64,000 nt of DNA from Perkinsus chesapeaki ATCC PRA-425 (taxonomy: Eukaryota; Protista; Perkinsozoa), in contig JAAPAO010000095.1 in assembly GCA_013115145.1 (NCBI GenBank), positions 16,005 to 80,004 on the forward strand, written 5' to 3'. Both the position numbers and the translations under genes were made by a program. Below are positions 42,361 through 56,800 of this stretch, piece by piece; positions within the stretch are counted from its first letter, which is position 1; every line of letters begins with the position of its first letter. Below the pieces are notes generated by a model. That model was not told where the DNA came from. It saw nothing but the letters and a program-made list of their open reading frames with translations, and searched no databases.

Positions 42361-44417
42361 CTACTTGCCGCGGTGGTAAATTTTCGCCATCAGACCGTTG
42401 ACAACCTTCCTCAAATTCTCGTTGCAAATGCTCTTTGCAATGGCGTCGATCTTAGCCTTCTCCTCTTCCTCGAACCTATCATCACGACCGTGGTGTCACA
42501 ATACTGTCCCCATCCCCCCTCGTACTTATCAAAGGCCTCCTTCACACCAGACTTAACGAAAATACCCTTAACTTCAGCCACTTCCGACTCTGGCATAGGA
42601 ACCGTCATCTCCTTCACCCAGTCACCTTACCGTCTACCTGTCTTATCCCTTTTCCTGTATAGCTCATTGAGCCTAGCTAATAATGCCCGACTCTCACCAC
42701 CTACCGGAGATACTTCCCCAATCTGCAGTCCCAATCAGCAGCAGCCCTATTACCATCATCTGCTGCCTCCAACAATTCTCGTGCTTTAAGATAAACGTAT
42801 GAGCACTTACTCTCGAGTATATCGGTGCCAACCTATAAGATTCACCATCATACTACTTTATATCCCCTACAACACACCCTCGCCTGCACATTAACAACGA
42901 CTACCCTCCCCTTTAGTACCTTTCCTATAACCTCAGGATCACCAAAAACATCCAAGACATCGTCTTGGGCTTGAAAGTAGTTACCAAGTGATATGCATGC
43001 CTAACGAACACATCATCCTCCTTTCCTCCTCAACCATTCAGCCCCTTTTGCGGACCTCTTTAGTCTTGGCATAGTCGGTCTGGTCTTCGGGGAACTCCGC
43101 CATGGCCATTCCCAATGCCACAGGCAGCCAGAACGAATAATAGGCAGTCTTGAAGGCGGTAATAGCCCAGTACCTGATCCACGCAATCTCCGACCTCCGA
43201 GACCACAACGGAAGTCTCTACCTCTCAAACGTGTAGCGAGACAGATCCACATCCTGGTCAGTAGGACGCACCGAGTTGAGGTCAAAATGCTGCCCGACGA
43301 TGGTCCTCAGAGTGATATCGTGACACAGGCGCATGATCTGACAACAACATCAACATCAGTGTCACGGCGTCACATTGTGGCCCACTGAAAACTTGATCCT
43401 CGAGTCGAAGGTGGTGTTGTCAATTAAAAGGGAGTAGACCGCGTTCTCTATAAATACTCCATCATTCAGAGCATTCGACATCGACACATTGGGCAACCGA
43501 TACCAGCATTCCCTAACATCAAAGTAGTAGTAGTAGTAGTAACAGGCTGCTCTTACTTCCCCCGACGCGTCTGTGATTGGTCCATAACATCATCATACAT
43601 GAGGAAGCTGGCCTGTAGGAACTCTACTCCCCAGCCCATAATAATAGCGTCTTTTAAATATGTGCAGCAGGAGCAGCCTCCACAAAGGCTAAGGTATCTA
43701 TGGGAGGGGGGCAGTGGAGGAGGGCAATAACAACAACAACCGAGGCTTTAACTGTTGCTTATTACGTCATCACTACGGTGATGCCTCTTGTCATTTTACC
43801 ACCAACACAGTTATAATCGAGGCATTTGCCGAAATAATCTTGAACCTGCTTCACTCTCTACACCATCTCGAGATCCAACTAGTGAAAGCCAACACCAGAT
43901 GATTAGCGCAGGACGAATATTAATTAGGTCTTCCCTATTAACCAACTCCGCCCAGGTATGGCGCTTATCATGCCTGTGCCATAATACAAATAGGAGATAA
44001 TGAACATTCAATAAATGTTAACAGAATACCGAATACTACTGTTTGTACTACTGTAATGTTAACAGAATACTTCTTCTTCTCTTTCCCTACGGGCACCTAC
44101 TACCTCCTCTTTAACATTGACTCCATAGTCTATCCTCCCCTTTGATAGATAACTACCTATACCGTCTACAACTAAGCCCTTGACCTAATAATACTATTAA
44201 TATCAACCTAGCCTGGATGAGGAGGAGGAGGGGCGGAGGCGGCGGTGTACCTTCGGGTAGGCATCTAGAAATTGCTGTGGTATACTGTCATAGGCCATAA
44301 CGTTAAGTAAAAACAGTGGCTGACAACAAGGTCATAGCCCACCAAGCGGGCATCATCATCATCATCCAACGGCCGCCTGGGCAATGAACGCTCTGTGACG
44401 CGCCTTGGTGACGCCAT
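42361..44417 (-). CDS. FPPS: Trans-prenyltransferase: farnesyl/geranylgeranyl diphosphate synthase; multi-exon, start tentative
   Basis: LDYNCVGGKMTRG, GWGVEFLQASFLMYDDVMDQSQTRRGK (FARM), KTSHYTFWLPV, LGNYFQAQDDVLDVFGDPE (SARM), IGTDILESKCS and the C-terminal KIYHRGK*. Confidence 0.9.
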
Positions 44418-44734
44418 TGAACCGGTGTCACACTTCTAATTATCAACCAAATGCGGTGATGATGAAGTACGATGGGTGAACGACAGCTTGCTTCGCCATC
44501 TTTATTAGTTTCAAGGGAGGCAAGAACTTGGACAACTAGTTTACTTAGCCCTAGCAATAGAACTAGTTGCACTAACCCGGGAGCAACTACCGGACATTGG
44601 ACCATCCCCCCTTATACCCATTATAATTATAAACACCACAAAGGGGTTAGTCCTCATCATCATCGGTAGATGTGGCAATGGATAATAATAATAGTGGAGT
44701 AGTGTTACATTATGTGTATGGCACAGGGTGGCAC

Positions 44735-47692
44735 CTAACGTCTTCGAGACTTCCTATCACCGCCGTCCCTATCAGCACCTAAAACCCACAGCACCTATTA
44801 CCCTCCATACCCTACCTCCAGCCCATCCTACCTTCACGAGACCTCTTGCCTGACTTCTGTTGCTGATCCTCATCATCATCATCCAACAGACCCGAGAGGC
44901 CGAACTGATCCTGATCCCCGGCAGTCTCAAATTGCACCGGAGCTTGCCGTTGATACACCTGCAGCAGACTCCACCCCAACTCCCCCTGGCCTCCAACCTA
45001 CCGCCGCAGCACTATTGCTCTCCCCACCGGCCTTCTCCTCTGCCCTCTCAAACTCATCTCGAGCTTGCTCCAATCGCTTAGAATCATACTGGTAGATCCT
45101 ATTAGCCGATGAACGATCTGAAATCCAAACCATTCCGCTCCTCCCTCACCCGCAATCCGGACCTCCCGCCCCTACCAGCAAAGAGCCTAGTATCATATAC
45201 ATTGTTAGCACCATCATCATAGAATCCAGAGTCCAAGCCACCACTTTGATTGAACAGACGTGCATCATACTGTCCCTCGCCCTTCGATGTGGGCTGGACC
45301 TAAACCAACACCCCTACCCACCAAAGATACCACACCTGCCCCCACCTGTTTGCCTAGTGCAATGAGCTCTGAGATATCTCTCTCCTCATCACGATCACGT
45401 CCCTGCTTATTCCGTCCAGCCTTCTCCATACGATGCTCTCTGAGAGTCTCCCTCATAACCTCAGCACGAGCCTCTTGTTTACGGTAATCTGTCATACCGT
45501 AACTTCCGCCAAGACCCATAAAATGCTGGTCCACCTACCTTCCACCTCATCCCGGTTCTTATTGCCTCCAAAGGCATTAGTACGAGACTTGCGTGCCTTC
45601 GCTGCCAATTCGCGTAGCTTCTGCTCTTCATTCTCCTAAAAACCAACAACCAATCTAGACCACTAAGTCCGATGCTGTGCTCACCTGCTCCCGAGCAGCC
45701 TTCTGCTTAGCCAACTCATTCCTTATCCTGATCTCCTGTCTGGCCTTGGTCTCTGCTATATACAGATCTTCAGCGAACTGGGCGTGTCTCTCAGACACTG
45801 TGACATCCTAAAATACAACACCGTCACCCTCTGTCACTCGCCATTTAAATTCCCTACAGGCAATCTCCGATACCCGGTAATGTTACCACAGTTGCGGGAA
45901 GTCTACCTTAACTATATTCGACAATACGTATGCGTTTGCGTACATACGTTGGCAAGGCGAACGAACAACTAGGAGAATTCCCCGACTCCACGCAGATTTA
46001 GCAACATAGCTACCCGCAATAATAACATATACCTTTGCGAAGAGTTTCAGGCAATTTGACAAAGCTTCGGTAGACTCACGCCTGCCTCCACACTGGCATA
46101 CAGTTCAAGATGAACTTGACGAGCTCCCCCTCCTCCCCCTCTCTCCTCCTCCTTTACACCAGCAGCAGCTCCCCCTCCTCCCCCTCTCTCCTCCTCCTTT
46201 ACACCAGCAGCAGTAGCTCCCCCTCCTCCCCTTCTATCCTCCTCCTTTACACCAGCAGTAGCTCCCCCTCCTCCCCCTCTCTCCTCCTCCGTTACACCAG
46301 CAGCAGTAGCTCCCCCTCTCTCCCTACTACCTGTAACCCTCGTCCATCTGCTGCTATACGTTTATCCAAAGGTATGACATATCCCTTGGCATTCTTCCAG
46401 TTGCTCACACAAGGTGGTATCTTCCACATCTGACCACAGAAAGCTACCAGATACGTCTGTCATCCAACGCTGGTATCCTTACGGCTTGATCTTCCTTAGT
46501 CAACTTCTTAGGTGGAGACCTTAGGACCGGCGGTGGGGGCTCGGTAGGGGCTAAGTAAGGGATAGTACTACTTTTACTACCGAAGGTACCAGCAGCACTA
46601 ACGATCATAATAGGACCGATAATAGTCGACAACACTTCACGGTAACAACGATCAAGGTAATGAATGCTGAACCGCAATGAACTCTCAAACATATAGCAAA
46701 GCGGGTAGAATCTAAGGGATTGGCGTAGGTCAAGAAATCTAAGTTTAGAGTCCTAAAAGTATGAAGCGATTGGGAGCCTAGAGCTCCTCTTCCTGTAGGA
46801 AAAGTATATTCCTCTATAGGAGACTACTTACTGTATAGTACTGTAAAGCCACACGTGTTAAAATTAAACATTATACTATATGTTACCACTTCTATCACTA
46901 CTACAACCCTATTCTGATGAGACACATAAGCACTCCGCAGAAGCCACATAAGACCCTGTTATTACGAGCCGGCACTTTATGATGGCGAAACTTTGGCGGT
47001 TCCATAGGATCCTTCTGCACCTCAACCACCTTAATGACTCTTTGCTTAATATTGGGGTTGCGGCCAGGAGCATCCTTGCTTGGAGTGTACCTGAGTATCA
47101 ACATAACAGCAATCATAGGTATCTGTCCAATACGCAGAGTCCAGGGCTACTGCATGATCGAAGGGGTTAAATAACAGACAAATCACTCAGGTCGAACATT
47201 TTCATAATATTCTGATCCTATTCAGTGTACCAATCTGAGACCGATTGTTAAGCAACGACAAGCATATGATATATATGGAATATAAGATATGATGTTGATA
47301 AGGTAGAAGGGTATTCACAGCAATACTCATTACCGTAGATATTGGGCATTGGCTAGCTTCCTTTGGGCATCGTTTTCTCCAGAGAGATGCTGTCTGGTGG
47401 TATCAGCTTGCCCGATACGTTGTGCCAGAACAGCTGATAAAAAGGAATGGTAAGCCTATCAACCTTTTTGGAATCTTACCTTCAAGAGCACTGCGAGTCT
47501 CATCAGTGTTCTTCTGTAACTCTAGAGCGTCGGGCCTATCCAGACTAGTCTCAGGTGTCCACCTCTCCTTTAGGTCACCTGATGAATATCTTAGGTCGAA
47601 CCGTAAAAGATCCCCCACAGGTTACCTGGCTTATGCTGGTGCCGAGCTAATGCCTGTTTGATAGAGTTGTCAGATGCCCTAACTATTGACAT
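44735..47692 (-). CDS. SNW1: SNW domain-containing splicing factor (SKIP/SNW1/Prp45); multi-exon
   Basis: [93 protein letters not shown] and PVQFE..DQFGL. Confidence 0.95.
46122..46324. repeat. Polypyrimidine/polypurine minisatellite (about 42-48-bp unit, about 4.3 copies) in a 523-nt SNW1 intron
   Basis: Repeated AGCTCCCCCTCCTCCCCCTCTCTCCTCCTCCTTTACACCAGCAG(C/T). Confidence 0.9.
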
Positions 47693-47886
47693 AATACTAT
47701 GTAACAGAAATAGGCTACAACCAATCAGTCACAGCAGTCTACCTGCGGAAAGTTCGTCGATTAGCAAGGCGCGCGCGGTCACCAAAAGCGCATTATGATG
47801 CTGTCCCCACGATACGTGGATTGAATGACTTCCCTCTTAGTTTCCCTCTTAACCCCCTTCCTAGAGCTGTGGAAAGCAGCACTTAT

Positions 47887-50800
47887 ATGAGCGTCGTCCC
47901 TGGTGTCGGCCAAAGTAATGCCCTTAATGAAGGCACTCCGCCTCAGACCGCCCAGAGGTTATCAATAACAGAGTCTGTGTCGAGCTCTCGCAGGGGGTCC
48001 AATGCCATGCAGAAGGTATATTTCAATTTCGAGCTATTTGGGGAAAAGTTGGTATGCGAAAAGACCATAGATCCCTATGGTATATATCATCAAGTACTAG
48101 TGGATGTAGGAGGAAAAAAGAAGCATCTTTGTGAGGACAGCTGCTACGTATTTAATATCAATAATAAGATAAGGCTCTTCACTATATGGCTGGTTGAATG
48201 GAGATGGTTCCAAAGGTAAATAGAGACAGGGCTCCAATGATCAGCACATCGAGCTTAGGTTCATATTGAGTCTTATCGTGTTGAACTCCATATTAATAGC
48301 CATTGAGGATAAACGAGACACCGACAATAAAATAAACCAAGTAACGTCATCTTACTTGTGGTCGTTAAGTTGCCTCAGATTGGCGCTACTGCCGACTCTC
48401 TGTTATTAGCATTGTTCACAGCAGAATGCCTGTTGAAGATAGTGGCTTGGGGGTTGATAAAGGAAAAGGCTACCTACCTCAGAGATGGTTGGAACTGGCT
48501 CGACTTTATAGTGGTCGTTACTGGCCTACTATCACTCGTCAATTTGGGGGGAGATACAGATCTTAGCGTCCTCAGAGTCTTTAGGGTCCTCAGGCCATTG
48601 AGGAGTTTAACAGTGCTCAAGGAGATGAGGGTAATAAAAGGGCGGGAAATTGGGCATGATGCTTGTTGTGAAGGTATTAGTGAACACAGTACTGTTGTCT
48701 ATCCCTAGACTGGCCAATGTAGCAGGAACGGCTATGTTCATATTGGTAGTGTTTGGCATAATGGGGATTAACTTTTGGGGAGGAGTATTGGATCGAATGT
48801 AATAGCCATAGGCCAGCAGCAGCAGCTGGAGGAGTATTTTCGACGCCCCATCGGTTAGGTGTCGGTTGACGCCTCATCCAGTGCTAGTAGATGTCAACGG
48901 CAGCACTGTTCAGAGTGTGCTGCCCGCGATTAGTAGCCCTCAGGAGTATTGTTGGCAGTGGGAAGTTGACCCATCTCAGAGCAGGTAGTATAGGTCATCG
49001 AGAGGCATTGTTCCACAAGGCCTTTCGTAGGCTGTGTGGTGGACGATACTCGTGTCTGCCTGATACCTATTGTGGATCCAATTACGTTGAGGACCAGACA
49101 GAGGCCTTTAGACCAGTGTTCATGGTTAATGGAAGCTCTATCTCGGGGGGTGGCATGGGAGGTTACCAGTGGTAGGAATGCTGCTATAGAGAAGGGTGGT
49201 TATATAGATTCTGACGTAGGTGTGAAAGTACCCTCACCCCGACAGACTCGGCGGACTTCAACTTTCGAATAACACGGTTTGATAGTCTGCCGGGCGCGGC
49301 CTTGACGGTATTCCAGTCGATCACATTGGAGGGTTGGACGGACGTTATGTAGGTGGGAGGAGTATCTTTACGCACTAGGAAGATTCTCGAAGGCTAGATT
49401 CGATGACTATTGCGTTTTAGGTATCTTTTGCAAGACAGCCATTCTGATTGGTTCGCCTCGGTGTACTTTATTATCTTAATAATAGTGGGCTCATTCTTCC
49501 TGCTCAATGTGGCTTTGGCTGTGGTATGGGATGCCTTCTCCTCTATTGAGGAGGAGAATAGGTTGGCTGCTGCTAAGCGGGTTAAGAAGGAAGCCAAGAA
49601 AGCTTTGAGGAAGGTAGTAGTACACCGGAAGGGAATGGTGGTGTTGGCGTATCTGTCGGTGGCGGACTCCTCCAGTTGAACGATAAATTTCGTCCTTATA
49701 TGGCCACAGTACTTGTTGTTGAAAGGTGTAAAAATGATCGTTCAAGTCTTGCCAGATTTAGTCGTAATTCTCCAGTCCTGCTCACAGGCTTCCAAGGATC
49801 GAGGAATGGGCAAGCCGGCTGCAGGAGCCATGTCTAGTGGTGATAGAGCAGAAGAAAAGAAACAAGGCTTCGCGACAAAGGCAACCGCTAAGACAGGCTC
49901 AACATTGATGGTTATGCAGCTGATGGACGATGAGACCGCGCATCCTATCATTACCAAGGTTAGCGGGATTGGGGGGCTGGCGGATATGATGATGTGGTCA
50001 GATACGACACTTAGTGTTCTCGGACTGGTTTGTCAATATTATTATGTTCTTTATCACTGCCAATGTGATAGTAATGATGTTTGATTCCTATCCTCCTCCG
50101 CCGTATAAGATATCAGCGATCCTCACAGTGCTCAATCAGGTAGTAGCCCATCTGCCCGGGGCTAGAGACATTGTATTCTTCTCAGATCTTCACGGTGGTC
50201 TTTGTTATAGAATTCATTCTTCTACATTTAGCATTGGGTACTTCCCCTACTGGTGACCATCAATACTGTTATTAGGTCCCAAGCGATACTGGACTAAGCT
50301 TGTCACTGCCTTTGATGGCTTTATTGTTATAACATCTTTACTGGAGCTATTCCTAGCCAATGGGTCTAGTGTTATGACTGCACTTAGAGGCTTTAGGCTG
50401 CTCAGGATCTTCAAACTGGCCAAGAAGTGGGTGCCACTATTTCAGGAACTTATTTATATCGTTATTGATAAAGTATTGGTTAATAAATTTCATAATTTAG
50501 TCAACGATTTAATGCACAGGCGAAGTAGTATGTAGTATGACATAGATAATAATATTACATATTAATTGTACTGTCGTATTAATTTATCAAATAATCAACA
50601 CCATGCTCGAAGTGATAAATATTAACGATGATATAAATGAAAGAGTTGAGCTCGCGGCGGCGATGAAGTGATGATCTTTGAGATAGAAGCAAACAAACAG
50701 CTTTGCGAGTGCGAAGATACAAAGGAAATTTTATAGGAAATATGCTTATGGTGAAAGGATTCAGATTGCCTCCGGCGCTCGGCATGTATCATTCCTCTAT

Positions 50801-53800
50801 CACAACTCTTCTTCCTCTATCAGGTGGACATCATTTCGAGTGTTGCTGAAGTCAATAGCTCACACTGTGAAGTCGATGGGCAACTTCTGTATACTATTGG
50901 GCTTGATGATGTTCGTATTCACCTTGATGGGGATGAGCCTATTTGCGACGAAGCTTAGAATGGATGCAGATGGGAAAAAGATATCAGATGACCTCTTGGC
51001 ACCGTGGCCTAGGAGCCAATGTCCGGGTGAGCAAAAGGGGGGCATGTTATTATCGGCAGTGTATGTATTAATATTCAATCGCAAGTTCGATTCCCGGCTG
51101 CAGCATTAGTAAGATCGCTTTGACTGGAGTACCCGAAATCGCCAAGGCGGTGCTAACCGTAACCGTTAGAGAGCGTAACAATGAGACTGAAAACCGCCAC
51201 TACTCCAAACAAAGCGACAAACCATCAATCAATCTGATCAGCACAGCGACTGCAGCGAGAGCTTCATACCCCAATCACCCTTCCGACCAGGACCGCACCT
51301 GGCACACACATTCCAAGTAGCTAAACCGATAGAGTAAGGGAACGAATAGGGAATGGCACAGGAGGACACCTTGCGGGGAATACATGCCGGAAACTGAGGA
51401 GCGTGGAACAATACTCCGCCAGTAGAAACACGGGACAACCGTACCAGCATAGTTATCCGCCGCGGGCAGTTTCCTAAGGGTATAGTGAAGACACCAAAGT
51501 CGTAGTGCTTAACGGACAAGGGTGATGGCATCTACAAATAGTACACGATAGGGGTATATGAGTTATATTAAGCAACTAACTTGTTGGTATTAATGATCAA
51601 GTTAGACAGCAGCCTTTATGGTCATTGGAGGCAGTAGAGCTCTCTCTTGCTGAACTATTGGAAGAGTTACTAAGTCAAGCTGTGACTGCACGGCCCGTCG
51701 TGCAAGATGACCAGTACGCGTGCAATAGGAGCCGGGAATAGTCAGGGGTCTAATTTATTTGAGCACAGTCGTATGAGTTGGTGATATAACTATTCCCTCC
51801 TCCTCCTCTTCAGGTGGCGGATATGACTGTGTACCCCGCTCCCATTTTGATACGTTCCTATGGTCCCTTATTACAGTCTTTCAGATCCTTACTGGTAACC
51901 CATGCTTGCTGTTATGTCACGTATAATGTCATTTGGCAGGTGAGAATTGGAATACGGTTATGTACGATGCAGTGCTGGCGGTGGGTTGGGGTGCTGTATG
52001 GTTCTTTATCGCGTTGGTTATCTTCGGTCAAAGTGTCATACTTAATCTCTTCCTCGCAATCCTCATGAGCAAGTTCGAGGAGAGCTCCGCCACTATAAGG
52101 TTTGTCTTTCTAAGTAGCAAGGGGCCGCTCAAGTCTCTTTTTTAGGGAGCAGGAGCTCGCCCGAGCAAAGTCGAGATCGCAGTTGTCAGCGCTACTGAAA
52201 GAAAGGAAGAAGCACGCTGGTGGATTACCGTTGTCAGAGGCTCTCAGCCCCGACTGCCCACAGGATGATCCATCTCCGAGGTGAGTTGGAGTGGAGTGGA
52301 TTGGTGTGAGCTTATCCGTTCAGGACTCTGGCAGTGAGGAGTATGATAGGCATGGAGAATCACGGTGGCTTGGCGAGCCCTAGTTTCGAACAGGCACTGG
52401 AGGCATCGAAGGATCCTATACCAGTTAACGTGGTGCCCTCGGAGATGGACAGCGATGATGATGACAACGATGAGGAGGATGATGAGCGGCTGCCGGGACT
52501 GATACGGAAGGAGCCCACTGTCAACTTTGCGGATAATGCAACTTTCCATAGGACAGATGAATCTAATGAGATCATCAAGCGGGCCTCAAAGGAGTCGGTT
52601 GATCCTAAGTCTCTGCACACTCGAGAGCCCTGGCCGTGGGGCCATTCTATGCTACTATTCAGTCAGAGTAGCCACTTCAGGCGACGCTGTATTAAGGTTG
52701 CTAAGAGCCCTTTATTCGACAACTTCATCATCATTTGTATTGTTATATCATCGGCCTTCATGGCAATAGATAGCCCCCTGCAAGATCCAGGCTCAGCAGT
52801 GGCGATATTCCTGGACATAATGAACAAGCTATTTTCCTTTATATTCCTAATAGAAATGCTTATCAAATGGGTAGCTATGGGCGTCCTATTCAACAAGGGG
52901 GCCTATTGGCGTAACTCCTGGAATGTTTTGGATGGCGTTGTTGTTATTGTGTCGATGGTTGACCTACTCCCATTGGGCGCAGATGTCTCGGTATTAAAGA
53001 CTTTGAGGATGCTGAGGGCACTCAGACCTCTGAGGGTTATATCTCGGAATCCCAACCTGAGACTGGTGGTCAACACCCTGTTCAAGTCAATGCCGGAGCT
53101 ATGCAACCTTCTCATCGTGGGTGGGCTATTCTTCCTCATATTTGGTTTGTTCGGATTGTCGTATTTCAAGGGCAAGTTCTATACCTGCCAGGTAGGCTCT
53201 TAGGTGTATTACCGGTTCCATCATCTCCCTTGAGAAAATCGTCAATTTTTGAGCTCTATGTTACATTTGTGAAATAGAAATATAAATTATAACTGTCTGT
53301 GGAAGGACTTCTTATAACATTATCACATGACCTAGGTCATTGAAGTAAATGCTGATTATAACAAGTAGCTTGCAGAGAGGTAAGCCCCTGTCCTGTTAAG
53401 GCAAGGTAGCTGCTTATCTATAAGGTTGAGCTATATGTTGAATCAATGTCGAATTAGAAGTATTATATTTCCCTCTTCGGGGCACTGAGACCAATGAGCA
53501 GTTTCGTATGCCTTCTAGCAAAGCATTATTGGTCAGTGCATTGTCCCAGCTTCAGGTTGGCGACCCGGAGAGTATGAGTTTGGTCGAATGGCAATATCAG
53601 GATAGGACTGGGATGTTGGTAACTCCTATGTGCCTCAACCGAACCACTGGCGATCTTTTCACCGCTAATGTAAGGGCCTTGACTATAAGTATTCGTATCT
53701 TGGTGCTTTCAGGAAGCACTAGGCGGCCCTGCACAGTGCGGAGGTGGTGTACCGTGGACAAGGGCTACATCGGATACCCCAGTTTGTGTGGCGTCGTGTG

Positions 53801-56800
53801 GGTCACAATACGACAGGTGAGACTGTCGTCCGGGGGATTGGTGGAGTTGGAGTACGTACCTGTTGTCGGGCTGAGCGACAATAGGATCGTTCAACGCCAC
53901 CACGCGACTGACGCACACTATTGGCTGGAAGGAACGTGAGTCTGGAGACGAGCTGTTCAAGCTGAAGGCCTGCGAATAGCTCAGCTTCGTCTGTGGTGAG
54001 CGATTGTGGCATTTCAAATGGAACAATGAAGGAACGGTCAATTGCGCCCTCCGCATCAGAAATCCCAAGTCGAATATCTTGTAATTAAAAAACTCAAGGA
54101 ACTTTCGGACGCATTTCCACGCTTCGCTCTACTACAGCATCTATTAATTTCGCCGAGAATGTGTCGGGGTTCGGGAAGGCCGGCGCATTTGTCATCCCTG
54201 GAGGTGTCTGTCAGGTCCGAGGCATGCCCACCGCTGCTTACTCTCGATGTCTACCCCAACATCTGCACACTACATCCAGAGAGCTCAACGGCAAGGTAGA
54301 CCTGGAGAGCGGCTCTGGTGCTAGTGCAGCGTTTTAGGCGACTTGAAAGTGCTGAGATTGTTGACAGTGTTGAGTGGCGAGGTGCGATGGAAAGGAGTAT
54401 CATGCCGTGTGATAGGTGTAGCTCACGCTACTGTAGCGGGGCTTTTCAGGCAGATGACCACAAGGTAAGACAACCGAGGGCTCAGCTTAGGAGGCATCCT
54501 ATCAGGTAAATTCGTGCCGAGATGAATGTGAGAACCATCCGTATTTTTGCACTGATACCTGCGGCACCTCAGGCGTGTTCGATGGTACGTGCAGTGGTGC
54601 TGGTTGGGTGTGTTGTACAGGCTCTTAGGTGGAGACTGCGGTACATGCATTGAGGCATGTGTGGCAGCATGTGTGTGTCCTGACTATTGTAAACCTGTGA
54701 TTAAGGATGCCGCTAACTGTGTGGAGCAGGGCGGACAGTGGTGAGTCTTCTTGGGGGTTCCCATATATCAGCATTGTATTACTTCGCAGCGCATTGAGAG
54801 ATCTCGAGAGTTCCTGGTTCAAGAATGCTCACGTGTGGCCTGGAATGAGTCCAGTCGAAAGGTCGAATCATGAAGTATGAAATGCCTGCCATATTGCCTA
54901 GTCTCATCTATAGTCAGTCTGGGGCATCTGTCGCCCCCCGTCCTAGGCCGACAATTTCTTTAATGGCCCTGGAATAGAAAATCTTGGCTCTTCGAGAATT
55001 CGAGGAGGCTTTAGTAGAATGTGTTCGGAGCTCCCTTTCGTTATGTAAAATGATTAGATCTTAGTTACTAATTGAATAGTAAGTATCAAGTTAAATTTAT
55101 TTAAGACGATAACATATTTCCAACACTGCCTCTATTGATGTTGATGTCCTCAGGCTCAACATGCATCAACATTTTGATAACATAGCGGTGTCCATGATGA
55201 CTCTATTTGAGATATCCACCACCGAAGGTAAGCTAGAAGCGTTGACAGTTGTTATACCATCGTTTAGGCTGGGTTGATGTAATGTATGCCGGCACCGATG
55301 CCACTGAAGTATACGGTCAGCCACGAAGGGACAACGCTGAGCTCTGGGGGCTATTTTTTGTCTTATTCATGTTGGTAAGCTTATCACAGCTCTACGCGCG
55401 CGGGGACTACTGTATTTACAACACTCTCCACATTCTGAGCCACTACAGGCTAATTTAGGTTACATGATAGGATCCGAAATATATTCTGCATTCGCTCGTA
55501 GAAGATTCATGAGCCATCTCCTTGCGCAACCACCACCTTCTCAGATCGGCTCGCTATTTATCCTCAATCTGTGTGTCGGAGTCATCGTCGATAATTTCAA
55601 CAAGATGAAGGCCCAAGGGAACTCGCTACTGCTTACTGAAGCGCAGCAGAAGTGGATCGAACTACAAAAGCAGTTGTACACCAAGAAGATATTTTTGGAG
55701 CTCGCTCACATTAAGGTGGGGCTTGTCGTTAGTGGTCACTGCTTTGCTCCGAGGTGTGTCGGTGATAATTTGTTACTCTTCCTCGGGAGTCGGGATTCGT
55801 TCATGCTAGGAACCAAATTTTGTCGGCTCTCCCCGGTAGGAATTTTCTAGTCCGAAGGTGCTATAGAGTGCCGTTGGTGGAAAGTATGTTGGAAATGGGA
55901 ATGTTATATCTGTAGGAGGTGTATTGCCTATCTCAGGATTTGCCTATGAGTCGTCGTAAGATGTACTTCTTTTGCTCAAGCTCGAAATTTGAATCGTTCA
56001 TCATGTCATGTATTATCCTGAACACTGTTATTATGGGAATGAAGGTGAGCCACCACGGGAGGCATCCAATCAACCTCCGGCGAATCCTGTCGTAGGTGTT
56101 CCCTTCACCCTCTGAAGGCTATGAGACCACCTTGGCTGTATTCAATTATCTATTTGCATTCGTGTTTACTGTGGAAGCTGTTCTAAAGCTCTACGCTACG
56201 CGATGGTGGTACTTCTACGTAAGTCAGTGCATTCCTCTTCCTTTGCTTCCTGTGATCTTCTTGTCATCATCAGGACTCGTGGAATTGCTTTGACTTCATC
56301 TGCGTTGTGGCTACAGCGGCGGGCATCCTTGTGGATCTCCTATCGACCATTACAATTGGCACTTTAATGAGCGCCATAAGAATCTTCCGAATAGCAAGGT
56401 AGCCGACTCCTACCGCCTCGCCGATCACCGTGAGTCTTCTTCAGGTTATTCCGGCTTGTCCGATTTGCCAAAGGTCTCAATCAGCTCTTCATAGCATTTA
56501 TCCTGTCAATACCGAAGCTCTTCAACGTTGCCATCCTCTTGTTGCTCCTGCTCTTCCTCTTCACCGTAATCACCATCCTCTATCACCAAGCTGTGGGCCA
56601 TGCTCCTCCTGTCTAGGTGCTCGGCGTGCGGCTCTTCGCGGCAACACAGTTCTCGGGCAGTCACGATGACCATGCCAACTTCCGTAATTTCTACCGAGGG
56701 TTCATGACCCTTGTCCGGTGCATGACGGGCGAAGTGAGCATCCTCCATCTTGACCCGAGCGGTATTCCTCCTCCTTCAGAGCTGGAATGAGATAATGCAC

